Of a DNA stretch of 64,000 nt, positions 9,124 through 18,127 are shown piece after piece. The notes beneath the pieces were generated by a model. It did not search any database. It was not told the origin of the DNA and saw only the letters and a list, made by a program, of their open reading frames with translations. Origin of the DNA: a virus. Its lineage: Duplodnaviria; Caudoviricetes. The position numbers and the translations under genes are program-made. The first letter of the stretch is position 1. Each line of letters begins with the position of its first letter. Location of the stretch: positions 1-64,000 of IMG/VR virus record IMGVR_UViG_3300031555_006395; one strand, written 5' to 3'.

Positions 9124-9915
9124 TTAATATTTGATCATCTGAATCATAGTGGTGCCGTTAGCTTCACGCATAATTTCAGCGTTAAAAGTCTGAACAGAAG
9201 GATCACCTTCAGCGGCGAAGTTCAGAGTCAAACCAGAAGACATTTTTAGGTTAGGAATAACAACCTGGAATGCTTCATCAATACCGGCCTCATTACGAAT
9301 TACGGTGTCTCCAACCAGTTTATATGTACCGGCAAAGTGTTCGCTATCGATAATATAGGTCTCAGCGGTATCTGCAGAATCATAAGTGTAATATACAATT
9401 ACCTGTTTGTCTGCAGCAGCAGGAACGGTTAGTGTGTTACCATCTAAAGTTGCCTCAGCCATATCAATAGGAGTACCATAATCATCATCAGCAGGGTATA
9501 CCAGAATATCTGCAACAGCTTCTTTGGGAGCATAAGCCAAAGCAATTGCACCTTCAGCAGAAGCAGTTAGAGGAAATAGTTTACCTTTATTGACAGGTGC
9601 TGCGCCAGCATTGTCATATTCAGTCTCCTGTACCATATGTAGAACCTGAACACCAACTTTTCTGGCAATACCAGAAATTAGCTCTAGAGATTTGGGGGAG
9701 AGCAGGGCGTCCTCAAAAGTGACAGTACCCTCTTTATTGATTTCCCAAGTAATTAGTTTGGGGTTACCTTTACCACCACGAGCAGAAACAGATTCAGTTG
9801 TAACCTCAATACCAGAAGTTTTCAAAGTGTTAAAACGAATGACAGGACGATTGGTCTGCATATCATACAGGGTAGCGTCCAGCACTTCTTTTACACCAAA
9901 CTTTTTGTTGCTCAT
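9124..9915 (-). CDS. Major tail (tube) protein
   Basis: Position after neck genes; LKTS-IE...ARGGKGNPKLITWE motif of SPbeta/c-st-like tail tube proteins; AAGGAGG site before ATG 9915. Confidence 0.75.
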   Translation of the reverse strand: MSNKKFGVKEVLDATLYDMQTNRPVIRFNTLKTSGIEVTTESVSARGGKGNPKLITWEINKEGTVTFEDALLSPKSLELISGIARKVGVQVLHMVQETEYDNAGAAPVNKGKLFPLTASAEGAIALAYAPKEAVADILVYPADDDYGTPIDMAEATLDGNTLTVPAAADKQVIVYYTYDSADTAETYIIDSEHFAGTYKLVGDTVIRNEAGIDEAFQVVIPNLKMSSGLTLNFAAEGDPSVQTFNAEIMREANGTTMIQMIKY

Positions 9916-9939
9916 TTGAACCTCCTTTAAAATAGACAT

Positions 9940-9965
9940 AAAAAATAGGAGCTATTTAGCTCCTT
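9940..9965 (-). terminator. Intrinsic terminator upstream of the major tail gene
   Basis: AGGAGCTA/TAGCTCCT hairpin followed by a T-run on the minus strand. Confidence 0.6.
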
Positions 9966-10662
9966 AATCATCGCTTATTTTAGAAATCCAATATTTTATT
10001 TCAATGTCATCTGGCTTGGCGCCATGCATTAATGCTTGCATATTGGTTTCATAATCATCATATATTTTTAATCGCTTAAACTGATTGTGGAATTGATATA
10101 TATCGTACTGAATAATTACATCAATTGATAAATGCGTTCTTGACGCATAAATGCTAATCAAGTCAGAAAAATCAATATCAGAAGTATCACTTTTTCGTTT
10201 GGCTATCTCCTCGCGATACTTTTTTCGCTTTTGCAATAATTCTGCGGCTTTATCATTTGCCGGATGATCTTCAGCTTCTTCTGTCGATGATATACCATTA
10301 CGAATTTTTATTATTTTTTGGGCCTCATCGAATTCTTCATCGGTAATCTCATGCTCGTTAATGAAAAAAGATCCATCACGATAATCTGCATGGAAAAATA
10401 AAAACATGCCAGATATAATAGTAGGAGCAGTCTCCTCATGAAGACTTAACGCTTTCAAATATTGCAATGTCGTAATATCGGATAACCCAAACGCTTCTTC
10501 GTAATACTCTCTTGATAAACATATAAACTTCAAGATGCTAGAATACGAAGTATACCCCATGTCGATTATCTCTTTTAGAGAGACTTTATACACAGAGACC
10601 TCATTTGAAACTGGAATGGGAAGACCGGTAATAAGACGGAGGGAGGTGTTAGTAATATCCAT
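9964..10662 (-). CDS. Virion morphogenesis protein (tail chaperone-like)
   Basis: Synteny between tail terminator and tail tube; C-terminal YDIYQF...QF-RL pattern. Confidence 0.5.
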   Translation of the reverse strand: MDITNTSLRLITGLPIPVSNEVSVYKVSLKEIIDMGYTSYSSILKFICLSREYYEEAFGLSDITTLQYLKALSLHEETAPTIISGMFLFFHADYRDGSFFINEHEITDEEFDEAQKIIKIRNGISSTEEAEDHPANDKAAELLQKRKKYREEIAKRKSDTSDIDFSDLISIYASRTHLSIDVIIQYDIYQFHNQFKRLKIYDDYETNMQALMHGAKPDDIEIKYWISKISDD

Positions 10663-11144
10663 TATAAAAACTCAGTGTTCTTAAACTGAATTCTGACACC
10701 AACATATTCGCCGGTATCATTCATAACGATATCTTCCATCCCATCGAACTCCATTTTTCCAACCCACGACTCAGATCTTGTATCTAGCAATAACTCAGAT
10801 ATTCGATTTGCCAAAAAATCATACCGCAATACACCGTAATCAGTTTTAATCATTTCTCTATGACAAAAACAATAAAATGCAACAGTGAGAGGTTTCCACA
10901 TATTTGCTGCAGTTTTTGAACGGTCATAACGAAAAGACATGCAAATGTATGCTTTTTTCTCTTCCTGAACACCGACTACGAATTTATATGGGCGAACAGA
11001 ATCCCACGCAAGCAGAGAAGCATAATGATCTGGTAATTCAACATTTAAAAAATCTTCTCTTAAATTTAATAAGCATTTAGCAATATGTTCGTCATTGCAT
11101 AAGCGATCCATAAATATTAATTTGTCATGCACTAAACTTTGCAA
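10662..11144 (-). CDS. Putative tail terminator / neck protein
   Basis: Synteny; size and beta-rich pattern. Confidence 0.5.
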   Translation of the reverse strand: MQSLVHDKLIFMDRLCNDEHIAKCLLNLREDFLNVELPDHYASLLAWDSVRPYKFVVGVQEEKKAYICMSFRYDRSKTAANMWKPLTVAFYCFCHREMIKTDYGVLRYDFLANRISELLLDTRSESWVGKMEFDGMEDIVMNDTGEYVGVRIQFKNTEFL

Positions 11145-11155
11145 ATTATTTTTAA

Positions 11156-12166
11156 CTATACCAGACTCACCACCTTCAAATTATGATAAGCAGGGGCGTA
11201 TTTGCCACTTGTTTCATAACATTTAATAGAGAATTTTATACCGTACAATTTGTGATCTTTTGGAATGTGAAGTGAACATGTATTATGTGTATACGATAAT
11301 TGGATTCCTGGCACCTCATCAACCAATTCCCATACGATATCCACAGAATCAGTAACCTCTTGATTCCAAGACCCAAAGAACTGACTTGTAAATGTATAAG
11401 TAGAATTAATAAGAAGATGTTTGGATCCATCAATTTCGCAACGCAACAGTGTGGGGTCGTATTTATCAGGATCAACATAATCCGCAATTAACAGCTCCAT
11501 ATTATCATTCACTGTATGGTTATCTGCTTCTAAGAAAACTGTCATTAGGTTGCCATCATAATTACTGGTAACGCCTTGAGTATTAGTAATCCTAAAAACA
11601 ATCGGTATTTCTTTACCGTCTGCATCAAAGCCATTTTCTATCACAAATCTTTTATCTTTATAGAACTGACGAGTATTTTCATCATAAGAAATATACATTT
11701 TTAATTGGTTAAATGGCGTCGAAATCACTCTTGCCTCTGTGTAAACTTTCGAATATGGATTCTCTAAAATACACCAATACTTATGTATTTTTTTGTCAAA
11801 GGTTTGAAAGGCTAAAAGATGATTGCAACGTTCAATAGATCCCCTTTGATACATTTCATTTGAGATATTTACTTCGGTAACCAACCAGTGTGTATCCTCC
11901 CAGTGAAGAACATCACCAATTTGAATTCTCGTTTTTGAATGTGGTATTCCCGCATAAGTTTTTTTATATATATTTGCGCTATCTGTTAGGGTCAACATTA
12001 CCTCGGCTTTATCAGACTCTCTAATAAATTTTTTACATGCGGGATTATCAGCAATAGCATCACTATAATATGATTGTGCATCATTTAATAAACGCTCTCG
12101 ATGCGTTAATCCGTTTATGTTTAACTTATATTGATAGGTCGCCCAGTCAATCGGCAATGGAATCAC
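11156..12166 (-). CDS. Putative head-closure / neck protein
   Basis: Synteny; IQIGDVLHWEDTHWLV motif typical of this gene in large Firmicute siphophages. Confidence 0.55.
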   Translation of the reverse strand: MIPLPIDWATYQYKLNINGLTHRERLLNDAQSYYSDAIADNPACKKFIRESDKAEVMLTLTDSANIYKKTYAGIPHSKTRIQIGDVLHWEDTHWLVTEVNISNEMYQRGSIERCNHLLAFQTFDKKIHKYWCILENPYSKVYTEARVISTPFNQLKMYISYDENTRQFYKDKRFVIENGFDADGKEIPIVFRITNTQGVTSNYDGNLMTVFLEADNHTVNDNMELLIADYVDPDKYDPTLLRCEIDGSKHLLINSTYTFTSQFFGSWNQEVTDSVDIVWELVDEVPGIQLSYTHNTCSLHIPKDHKLYGIKFSIKCYETSGKYAPAYHNLKVVSLV

Positions 12167-12452
12167 CCCGCAGCTTGCTTTTTAAACGATCGATACATTG
12201 GATCGCTTTAAAAACTTCTCGTTTTAGTTGAGCGTGTTCCATATTAATATTATCGTTTAAATAATGCAGAATGTTAATAACTGTATAATAATCTGCTTTA
12301 TCAACAAATAATGGAAAGGTTTTGTATCCACCAACCATTTCATCAATTAAGCTATCAATATACATGCAAATAAAACGATTATTCTCTTCGTACATAGGCA
12401 AAATCTTATACACCTTCGATATTAACGATGAGACATAGTAGTATTCGGCCAT
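12147..12452 (-). CDS. Hypothetical head-tail region protein
   Basis: Coupled to neighbours within the structural operon. Confidence 0.6.
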   Translation of the reverse strand: MAEYYYVSSLISKVYKILPMYEENNRFICMYIDSLIDEMVGGYKTFPLFVDKADYYTVINILHYLNDNINMEHAQLKREVFKAIQCIDRLKSKLRGDSIAD

Positions 12453-12454
12453 TA

Positions 12455-12889
12455 CTATACCTCCTGCATCGAAATATTTCCATGATAATACGTATACTCA
12501 ATCATCATGCGTCTAAAGTCATTCCAAAGTGTATTCCGTAATTCATGGAGTTGAGCCAGCAAATTCGCCGGAGAATAAATCGTGTAATCCTTTGTATTCA
12601 AAGCGTTCTTAAGCTTCTCACTATTAAGAACCTTTGGGTTAAGCCAATAGAAAGCTTCACCGGTAGCTAAAATCTCAATAATTTCATCCGATAAGTTTTC
12701 GTTAAAACACTTTTCCTCTTCGTTACGGTCAGACAAATCAATATTACATGTACGTTGCACTTCAACAATGGCGCTGAATAAGTACCCGTCCAAAATCTCT
12801 TCCCTTAAAAGGTAATCGTATTTTAATATGTCGTAATCTGAAATTTTGGTTAAAGCTATATTGTGAATCATAGAATATGGTGTTGCCAT
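12455..12889 (-). CDS. Putative head-tail adaptor
   Basis: MATPYS start, helical, LSDEIIEILA motif, second gene after the capsid gene. Confidence 0.6.
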   Translation of the reverse strand: MATPYSMIHNIALTKISDYDILKYDYLLREEILDGYLFSAIVEVQRTCNIDLSDRNEEEKCFNENLSDEIIEILATGEAFYWLNPKVLNSEKLKNALNTKDYTIYSPANLLAQLHELRNTLWNDFRRMMIEYTYYHGNISMQEV

Positions 12890-12892
12890 ATA

Positions 12893-13495
12893 TTATCCCT
12901 CGGAATCTGCTTTTAACTTAAAGCCACAGGACTCCTCAAGAGCAGTAATCTTAATCATAGAATCCAACTCTTCAGCGTTAATTTTTTCCATTGTCAATCT
13001 TGCAAGGGACTCTCTCAAGGATGCAGACAGTCCAGGAACAACCTTTCGGATCTCAGAGGGAGACATAGAAATAATTTGCTCCAAATCAACATTTGCAGAC
13101 TCTTTTGGAAAATAGCGCTCCAACTGCAAAAAAGCAATTACATCTTCAGCATTATCGCCGACAAGTCTAATCCAATTTCGCTCAAAGAATTTTCTCTGGG
13201 TGTTACGCATAGTCATTAATTCTTCTACGGTCATAGGCTGTTCTTCTCCGTAACGACTCCATTCAGTAATGTAGCCATTTTTCTTAGAGGTATATGATAG
13301 CTGACCATAAAAATTACTAACAACAGTTACGATCTCTAACAAAGAAACTTCTTTAATAACCTTTCTCTTAGGAGCCTCAACCTTTTTGGCAGTTGCAACC
13401 TCATCTTTCTTTGCAACCGACTCTTTTGCTACCAGATCTTCTTTAACAACGGAAGCTTTACTGGCAGCTGTTTTTTTAGCAGGTGATTTTGCCAT
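12893..13495 (-). CDS. Hypothetical virion-associated protein with Lys/Ala-rich N-terminus
   Basis: Directly after the capsid gene; AAAGGAG site. Confidence 0.65.
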   Translation of the reverse strand: MAKSPAKKTAASKASVVKEDLVAKESVAKKDEVATAKKVEAPKRKVIKEVSLLEIVTVVSNFYGQLSYTSKKNGYITEWSRYGEEQPMTVEELMTMRNTQRKFFERNWIRLVGDNAEDVIAFLQLERYFPKESANVDLEQIISMSPSEIRKVVPGLSASLRESLARLTMEKINAEELDSMIKITALEESCGFKLKADSEG

Positions 13496-13559
13496 ACTAT
13501 CTCCTTTCGTTCAAGCGAAAGGAGGGCAGATGCCCTCCATCGCCTCTTAATCAATTTAA

Positions 13560-14561
13560 TTATGCTAGAGTGTAAACGCCAATTTTTCCATTTACGATTA
13601 CGCCTACGCCATATTTCTCAGCGTATAGATACTCGTAAGACAGATCTGCGTTAGTCATAGGATCTTTTTCAAGAATCAGACCATCGCCCTCATAAACAAC
13701 TTTAATGGGTTTGTCATCAGAAGCGATAATATACAGTTTGTCATCGGGGAAAATAAAGGTCTCAGTGCCAACTCTGTGCTGATTGCGGATAGCAACCATG
13801 GGAACACCGGCAACTTTACCGAAATAACCAGCGTTGTAATAATCGTTTTTAGCCTGCTCAGCCATGATAGCAGTATCAACTTTACGCAGAGCAGTTTTGG
13901 TACCGATAATCATAGCATTCTTACCGGTAGCAGCTTCAATGTGCTCAACCAAAGTCAGCAGGTTAGCCTCGTTATAGGTACCGGCTGCAGGAGCATAAGT
14001 GGTGCCAACACCCTCGGTGGTAGAATCAATGCCGGAGAAAGCAGTGAAAATATCGTTGTATAGATTCTTTTTAAAAGAATCGACAACTTTATCAACGAAC
14101 TCAGTCCAAGTTACACGACCAGCCAGTACACGATTCATTTCCTCGTAAATACGAATCTGATGCATAGTGGTTTTAACCTCTTTGCTGGTTGCGTGGCCAA
14201 TACGCTGTCTACGGGGAGTAGCTACGCCATTTGCCATCTCAGCAACAACAAAAGCAGAATTATCCTCAACCCAGAATTCGTTTCTGTCGCCCTCGGCGAG
14301 TCTGCGCTCCTCTACTAGATTCATGTAGAACTCGTCGCCTTTTAAGCCTTCCTGCACTAGAGCAGGAATTAGAACTTCGAGAATCTCAAAGATTGCGCCG
14401 CCATTTTTACGCATAGCTCTGGGATCAATTTTCTCAGAACCACCATTAGCTTCAATTAGAGCCTGACGCAGAGTCTCTGCACCATCAGCGACAGAATAGT
14501 TACCAGCAACAGCGCCACGATAAGTATCGATAGCTAGTTTGATTAGATCTTTTCTATCCAT
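13560..14561 (-). CDS. Major capsid protein
   Basis: 333 aa, highly biased codons, position after protease and decoration genes, C-terminal YAEKYGVGVI strand. Confidence 0.85.
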   Translation of the reverse strand: MDRKDLIKLAIDTYRGAVAGNYSVADGAETLRQALIEANGGSEKIDPRAMRKNGGAIFEILEVLIPALVQEGLKGDEFYMNLVEERRLAEGDRNEFWVEDNSAFVVAEMANGVATPRRQRIGHATSKEVKTTMHQIRIYEEMNRVLAGRVTWTEFVDKVVDSFKKNLYNDIFTAFSGIDSTTEGVGTTYAPAAGTYNEANLLTLVEHIEAATGKNAMIIGTKTALRKVDTAIMAEQAKNDYYNAGYFGKVAGVPMVAIRNQHRVGTETFIFPDDKLYIIASDDKPIKVVYEGDGLILEKDPMTNADLSYEYLYAEKYGVGVIVNGKIGVYTLA

Positions 14562-14586
14562 TATTTAATCCTCCTTTAATCAAAAA

Positions 14587-15075
14587 TTAAGCTACGCAAA
14601 TTACGTAGAAAGTTTTACCGCTAACAACCTCAACGGCAATTACTTTACCAATCTGTGTAGCACCCTCAGTTGCAGTTTCAACAGCAGCCATTTTAGTACC
14701 TTCAGCTAGCTCAACTGCCCAACCAATAGCGGGAGCTGCAGTCAAAGCCTCAGCGGTAACAGAGAAAACATCACCAGTGTGGAACATGTAACCTCTCGCT
14801 ACATCGCCAGCTTCATTAATGAAATCTTCCAGATTTCTTTTTCTCTCGTCGTACATAACTTCGGGAGATGCAACCAGAGCAACCTCGTTGATAGGAGTGT
14901 CAGCTGCGGGAGCAACCGCTTTATAAACCTCACGATCAATTAGAGCCTCTAGTTTAACAACGGCGCCGTTCTGAATTTCTTTCTCAGCGCCATCAGCATA
15001 AAATTTCACGCTTCTCAGCAGGGTACCTACAGTGGTACCAGCCATGTTGTCTAGTCTTACAACAGCATTTGCCAT
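14587..15075 (-). CDS. Head decoration / capsid-associated protein
   Basis: Between scaffold and capsid genes; biased codons; IQNGAVV and GDVFSVT motifs. Confidence 0.65.
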   Translation of the reverse strand: MANAVVRLDNMAGTTVGTLLRSVKFYADGAEKEIQNGAVVKLEALIDREVYKAVAPAADTPINEVALVASPEVMYDERKRNLEDFINEAGDVARGYMFHTGDVFSVTAEALTAAPAIGWAVELAEGTKMAAVETATEGATQIGKVIAVEVVSGKTFYVICVA

Positions 15076-15088
15076 AATTTAATCCTCC

Positions 15089-16429
15089 TTATTTCTTTGC
15101 ATATTTTTCAATTAATCCACCGTAGGGGGCAACAGGACCATCCTGAGCTCGTTCGACGGGGATTTTTGTGAATTTTGTATTTTGTTTGCCTTTAACTACT
15201 ACATTCTTGCCTCGAATAGCAAAACAATGGAATTCTACATCTTCCACTGAATCCATCTCATAGGCAGTTGTGCGAAGAGCTTCGAATTCTTCAATACCAT
15301 TGAGATCACTGAACTGATCGAGCACAGCATCTACCGCCGCTCTAAAATCTTCAGTCTCTCTGGTCAAACGATATTGTCTTAACTCTTCGACTTCAGACAA
15401 AAGAGTGTCATAGCTATTACGTAATTCGTTGTATAAAGCTTCATAATCCACAAGCTCATTATTCTCTACAGGCTCTGGCTCTTCATTAACAGAATCATCA
15501 ATTTCATTGTCTATTTGTTCTTCGACAGACTCTTCAATTTGGGTTTCAAATCCTTCTTCGAGTGTAGGGTCACAATTCTCTTCAAGAGATTCAATATCGG
15601 TATCGTTATGAGAGTCAACATCAGCTTCTTCGAACGAAGAGGCAACTAACGCAGATACTTTATTTTTAAAGTCATCTATGGTCATATCTTCAGTGATTTC
15701 AAAATTGATATCGTCTACAGACAAGTTGAACTCGTTTAAAATCTCAATAAATTCCTCTCTCGGCATCTCAACACCTCCTTCTTTATGAATAGATAGAGCT
15801 TTAACACTTTCGTACAAATCTCTAAACATTGCACTAAATTGCGATTTGATTGCGTAAGTAGATACAGCAATAGAAGCACCCTCAAAGCAAGGTTCGACAT
15901 CGGTGCCAAGAATACATAGGGCTTCAAAATACATGTCTTCGATTATCATGTATCCGTCATGATCAACGATCCAACTGTTCACTCCAATCTCCATTGATTG
16001 AGACCAACTTCCTTTGCGAACAAGTGTTTCGTATCCGTACTGACGTTTCCACAAAATCACATCTGTAACTAAATACTCTCTAACTTCACCATCATCATCC
16101 ATACAAGGGATCCACTGAAACTCTGCAGACTCAGGGACAACGCCAAATGGTACTGTGGCATTTACAATTTCAAATCCACCATCATCTGTCTGAACAATTC
16201 GTATGTCATGAGAGCCAAAGTCATCAAGCTCTGGATCGTATCGTCCAACTAAGGGGCAGTTGAATAAAGACGGTATGGCTTTTTCAAAAACCTCTTTGCT
16301 GATACTAGTGTAGTTTCTATTGCGACCGGCATAAGCGATAGCAACCTTCGCCAAAGCAAAGGATGGATTGATATCGGAGATTTCTCTAATACTGAATTTA
16401 GAAGTCACCAGAATTCTTTTAGTCTCCAA
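15089..16429 (-). CDS. Prohead protease-scaffold fusion
   Basis: AYAGRNRN..., WKRQ, SQSMEI, FEALCILG.DVEPCFE protease motifs followed by an acidic scaffold; TTG start at 16429. Confidence 0.8.
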   Translation of the reverse strand: METKRILVTSKFSIREISDINPSFALAKVAIAYAGRNRNYTSISKEVFEKAIPSLFNCPLVGRYDPELDDFGSHDIRIVQTDDGGFEIVNATVPFGVVPESAEFQWIPCMDDDGEVREYLVTDVILWKRQYGYETLVRKGSWSQSMEIGVNSWIVDHDGYMIIEDMYFEALCILGTDVEPCFEGASIAVSTYAIKSQFSAMFRDLYESVKALSIHKEGGVEMPREEFIEILNEFNLSVDDINFEITEDMTIDDFKNKVSALVASSFEEADVDSHNDTDIESLEENCDPTLEEGFETQIEESVEEQIDNEIDDSVNEEPEPVENNELVDYEALYNELRNSYDTLLSEVEELRQYRLTRETEDFRAAVDAVLDQFSDLNGIEEFEALRTTAYEMDSVEDVEFHCFAIRGKNVVVKGKQNTKFTKIPVERAQDGPVAPYGGLIEKYAKK

Positions 16430-16655
16430 CTTTATCACCACCTTCCTTTGCAAAACGCATTGTCAAATTCCCCAGTTTACATTCGGGGTATTTATCAAAA
16501 CAAAAAGAGCGTAGATCTCCAACAAAGATCCACGCTTCTTTCTGATTGATATCTTTTATTTTTTGTACTTCTTTAAATCCGGCTTTTAACAGAGTAGACC
16601 TACTTTCTTCTGAAAAAGCATAGATTGCATTATACCTTGTTATCATTCTGACCAC
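16419..16655 (-). CDS. Small hypothetical protein between portal and protease
   Basis: Overlaps both neighbours; start uncertain (16646 or 16655). Confidence 0.55.
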   Translation of the reverse strand: MVRMITRYNAIYAFSEESRSTLLKAGFKEVQKIKDINQKEAWIFVGDLRSFCFDKYPECKLGNLTMRFAKEGGDKVGD

Positions 16656-18111
16656 TTTCTAATGTTTGTTCACCGGCCTCCGATAATTCATCTCCATTAG
16701 ATTCGTTCGTAGGTCTTCCTGGAGAATTATCAGAAGATTGTGTGTATGAAGAGGTTAAAGGAATTAGTTTTTCATGTAATTCAAGAACTTCATTTTCAAG
16801 AATCTGCATATTATACTGGTCACTAGGAGTGAGCCCAATGGAAGCTGCGTAATATGATTTAACTGGAATACCCAAAGTTCCGCCAGTCTTATAATAATCT
16901 ATAACCTTATCTTCGCTATAACGTGTGATTGGCAAAAATTGCAGTTTAAACTTTGTAGATCCACTAATAAATTTAAGATATCTGTTTATTAATCTTTGAC
17001 ACTGCTCCATCAATGCAAATGCAACGTCCTCATCAGCTTTAATTGATAGATTAAGTGCAGACGAAGAAGTATTTTTAGCATTGCCAAAGAGCAAACTACT
17101 CGTTCCTGTAGAATTCCAGAACTCCTCTTCGGCCTCACTTACGATATCAGTATCATCGACACCGCCGCTTTTTTCAAAATCCCAAGAATCCATTTCCATG
17201 GGCGACATAATTAACCCAACATAATCAGGTAAGACACTTGCTGCTTGCTGATAATATTGATAAGCTATATCATAAGAAAACATTGGTGTACCATCTTTAT
17301 TAAGCGGAATTTTCATACTTAAAGCTTTATAGTTACTAATTTGTGCTTTAGTTTTCAACATTCCTTTGTAATCCTCGATGTCATAAAGCGAAATCAAAGT
17401 GGATGCAAAGGGGGGGAAGGGGTAAGTGGTAGTTTCATCCGCCTTTAGACAAAAACTAATAGTTTCTGGTACTTCAATATATTTTTGACCAGTACGTTCA
17501 TACTCTCTACGCATGTTGGTAAACTCAGGAGGATATTTTTTCAAATCCTCTTCTTTGATTTGAGACATATCTACAGCATATACATAACAACCATCGCTGA
17601 TAGAGGTCAAATCACAATAATCAGGATTAATTCTTTGAATAAAGAAAGAGTCGTTCGTTGACCATATTGCTCCATAAAATACGCCTTCACGCAGGGCAAT
17701 TAATGCCGCTTTTTGCATTTCATGTCTCAAATTCATGTTCTCGACAGTATTTATAATTTTTACATAGTTCTTGCGAACGGTCTCCTTATTAATTTTTGCA
17801 CCATCTAATTTAACAGGCGCAATTACATATTTCCAAGAGGGAAGATAAGCGTAATACTGAATTAATCTCCGGTAGTGGCTAGAATTATTAAACATGTATA
17901 TTGAAGCATTACGTAAATTCTTTGCATTCGCTTGCGGAGATTTTAGATATGTAAGGATTTGCTCCTTAGTATACTGAGAAAATGTAACGGATGATTGAGT
18001 GTTTGATGTGAGATCTCTCAATACTTGGCGGGCAAGCTGCGCAAAACGCACTGCATACTCTTTGTGGCCATCCGCCTGATCAACATTAAGCTCTTTATTT
18101 TGCTCGTCTAT
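16630..18111 (-). CDS. Portal protein, probable ATA start
   Basis: Follows the terminase; portal-like size. Frame is open upstream of the track start to ATA at 18111, 8 nt after GGAGG. Confidence 0.8.
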   Translation of the reverse strand: MDEQNKELNVDQADGHKEYAVRFAQLARQVLRDLTSNTQSSVTFSQYTKEQILTYLKSPQANAKNLRNASIYMFNNSSHYRRLIQYYAYLPSWKYVIAPVKLDGAKINKETVRKNYVKIINTVENMNLRHEMQKAALIALREGVFYGAIWSTNDSFFIQRINPDYCDLTSISDGCYVYAVDMSQIKEEDLKKYPPEFTNMRREYERTGQKYIEVPETISFCLKADETTTYPFPPFASTLISLYDIEDYKGMLKTKAQISNYKALSMKIPLNKDGTPMFSYDIAYQYYQQAASVLPDYVGLIMSPMEMDSWDFEKSGGVDDTDIVSEAEEEFWNSTGTSSLLFGNAKNTSSSALNLSIKADEDVAFALMEQCQRLINRYLKFISGSTKFKLQFLPITRYSEDKVIDYYKTGGTLGIPVKSYYAASIGLTPSDQYNMQILENEVLELHEKLIPLTSSYTQSSDNSPGRPTNESNGDELSEAGEQTLESGQNDNKV

Positions 18112-18127
18112 TTTAACCCCCTCCTTT

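Noticed and set aside
8491-9124. Missing tape measure as evidence of a defective prophage
   Set aside because: In SPbeta-like phages the tape measure lies well downstream of the tail tube gene, so it may be left of the window.
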